Source: an uncultured Actinomycetes bacterium (GTDB lineage Bacteria; Actinomycetota; Thermoleophilia; Gaiellales; Gaiellaceae). From it: 64,000 nucleotides of DNA. The position numbers and the translations under genes were made by a program. Where the stretch lies: positions 29,131 through 93,130 of the forward strand of contig CAWGVE010000044.1 of the NCBI GenBank assembly GCA_963825805.1, written 5' to 3'. Shown here piece after piece: positions 63,476-64,000 of the stretch; position 1 is the stretch's first letter; each line of letters opens with the position of its first letter. The notes below the pieces were generated by a model. That model saw only the letters and a program-made list of their open reading frames with translations, had not been told where the DNA came from and searched no databases.

Positions 63476-64000
63476 CTACTTGCTCGTGATCTGGGCGAGA
63501 TCGGACTGCATCTGCCCGAGGTCGAAGCCGCTCGGCGTCCGGGCGCCGTCGCCGAGGAAGTCCGAGCTGATTGCGGCATAGGCCTCGTCGCAGTACTTGT
63601 CGAAGAACTCCCAGGTCATCGGCATCGTTCGACCCCAGGTCACGCAGGTCGGGCCGTCGCTCGTGTAATCGACGAGGTTGACGCAGTGGCCGCCCCAGGA
63701 GCCGGGCTTTGCGTCGGGCCCGCTCGTCACCGTCCACTTCTCTTTCTGCGTCTGCGCGCTCTTGGGCAACTGCACCCCGATGTAGACGCCGCCGAACGCC
63801 CAGCACGTGAACTCGACGTGCGCCTGGTTGTTCTCGTCGACCTGCGCGAAGGCGGTGAGCTTGTCGCCGTTGGCGAATCCCGTGGACTGCCAGTAGTTGA
63901 GCACGTCGAGGCAGTAGCGCCCGGTGTCCTGCGAGCCGGTCGCCCAGTAGAGACCTTCGACCGCCTGCTCGGTCGGCAGCTTCTCGTGGCCCGCGTTGGC
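63476..64000 (-). CDS. papain-like (C1-type) cysteine peptidase-like protein, C-terminal part (5' end beyond the window)
   Basis: The frame stays open to the window edge (ANAGHEKLPTEQAVEGLYWATGSQDTGRYCLDVLNYW...). WGGHCVNLVDY and VTWGRTMPMTW resemble the His and Asn/Trp blocks of papain-fold enzymes. The catalytic Cys block would be upstream and is not visible. Confidence 0.45.
   Translation of the reverse strand, partial: ANAGHEKLPTEQAVEGLYWATGSQDTGRYCLDVLNYWQSTGFANGDKLTAFAQVDENNQAHVEFTCWAFGGVYIGVQLPKSAQTQKEKWTVTSGPDAKPGSWGGHCVNLVDYTSDGPTCVTWGRTMPMTWEFFDKYCDEAYAAISSDFLGDGARTPSGFDLGQMQSDLAQITSK

Overview
High-G+C (about 70% by eye, not computed), gene-dense bacterial chromosome segment. Gene content and synteny look Actinomycetota-like (possibly Thermoleophilia or Rubrobacteria), but this is inference only. 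Coding frames were chosen by recognisable protein motifs, G/C-rich third codon positions and overlapping stop/start junctions. Many long R/A/P/G-rich shadow ORFs in the track were discarded.

Most of the window is core metabolism and housekeeping:
- TCA cycle: sucC, an inserted methyltransferase and sucD; mdh and icd; a non-classical succinate dehydrogenase (sdhA, sdhB and a CCG-domain subunit).
- Sulfate uptake: an Rrf2 regulator followed by sbp-cysTWA.
- One long minus-strand string: SRP RNA, dnaX, ybaB, a small ORF, recR, lysC, asd, hom, thrC, thrB.
- Respiration: cydAB and ndh.
- Others: xerC and xerD, 3 tRNAs, two ECF sigma modules, transporters, and a zinc-ribbon/class III cyclase/STAND ATPase/TPR protein.

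Accessory-looking parts:
- 42.9-47.1 kb holds a GH3 glycosidase, small secreted proteins, and a lower-G+C secreted-protein cassette. The cassette is flanked by ~106-bp imperfect direct repeats that duplicate the 3' end of a large LuxR (LAL) regulator.
- 53.6-59.1 kb holds DUF4239/DUF2252/MFS membrane genes.
- 59.2-64.0 kb holds a tightly packed four-gene minus-strand operon, and it is my best candidate for an undescribed system. It encodes a papain-like peptidase, an unknown two-TM protein, a signal-less PLC/AcpA-type phosphoesterase and a double-HKD PLD-family protein.

At least nine genes, including essential ones, are split by single frame breaks. This points to indel sequencing errors rather than mass pseudogenisation. 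No CRISPR array, transposase or prophage was seen.
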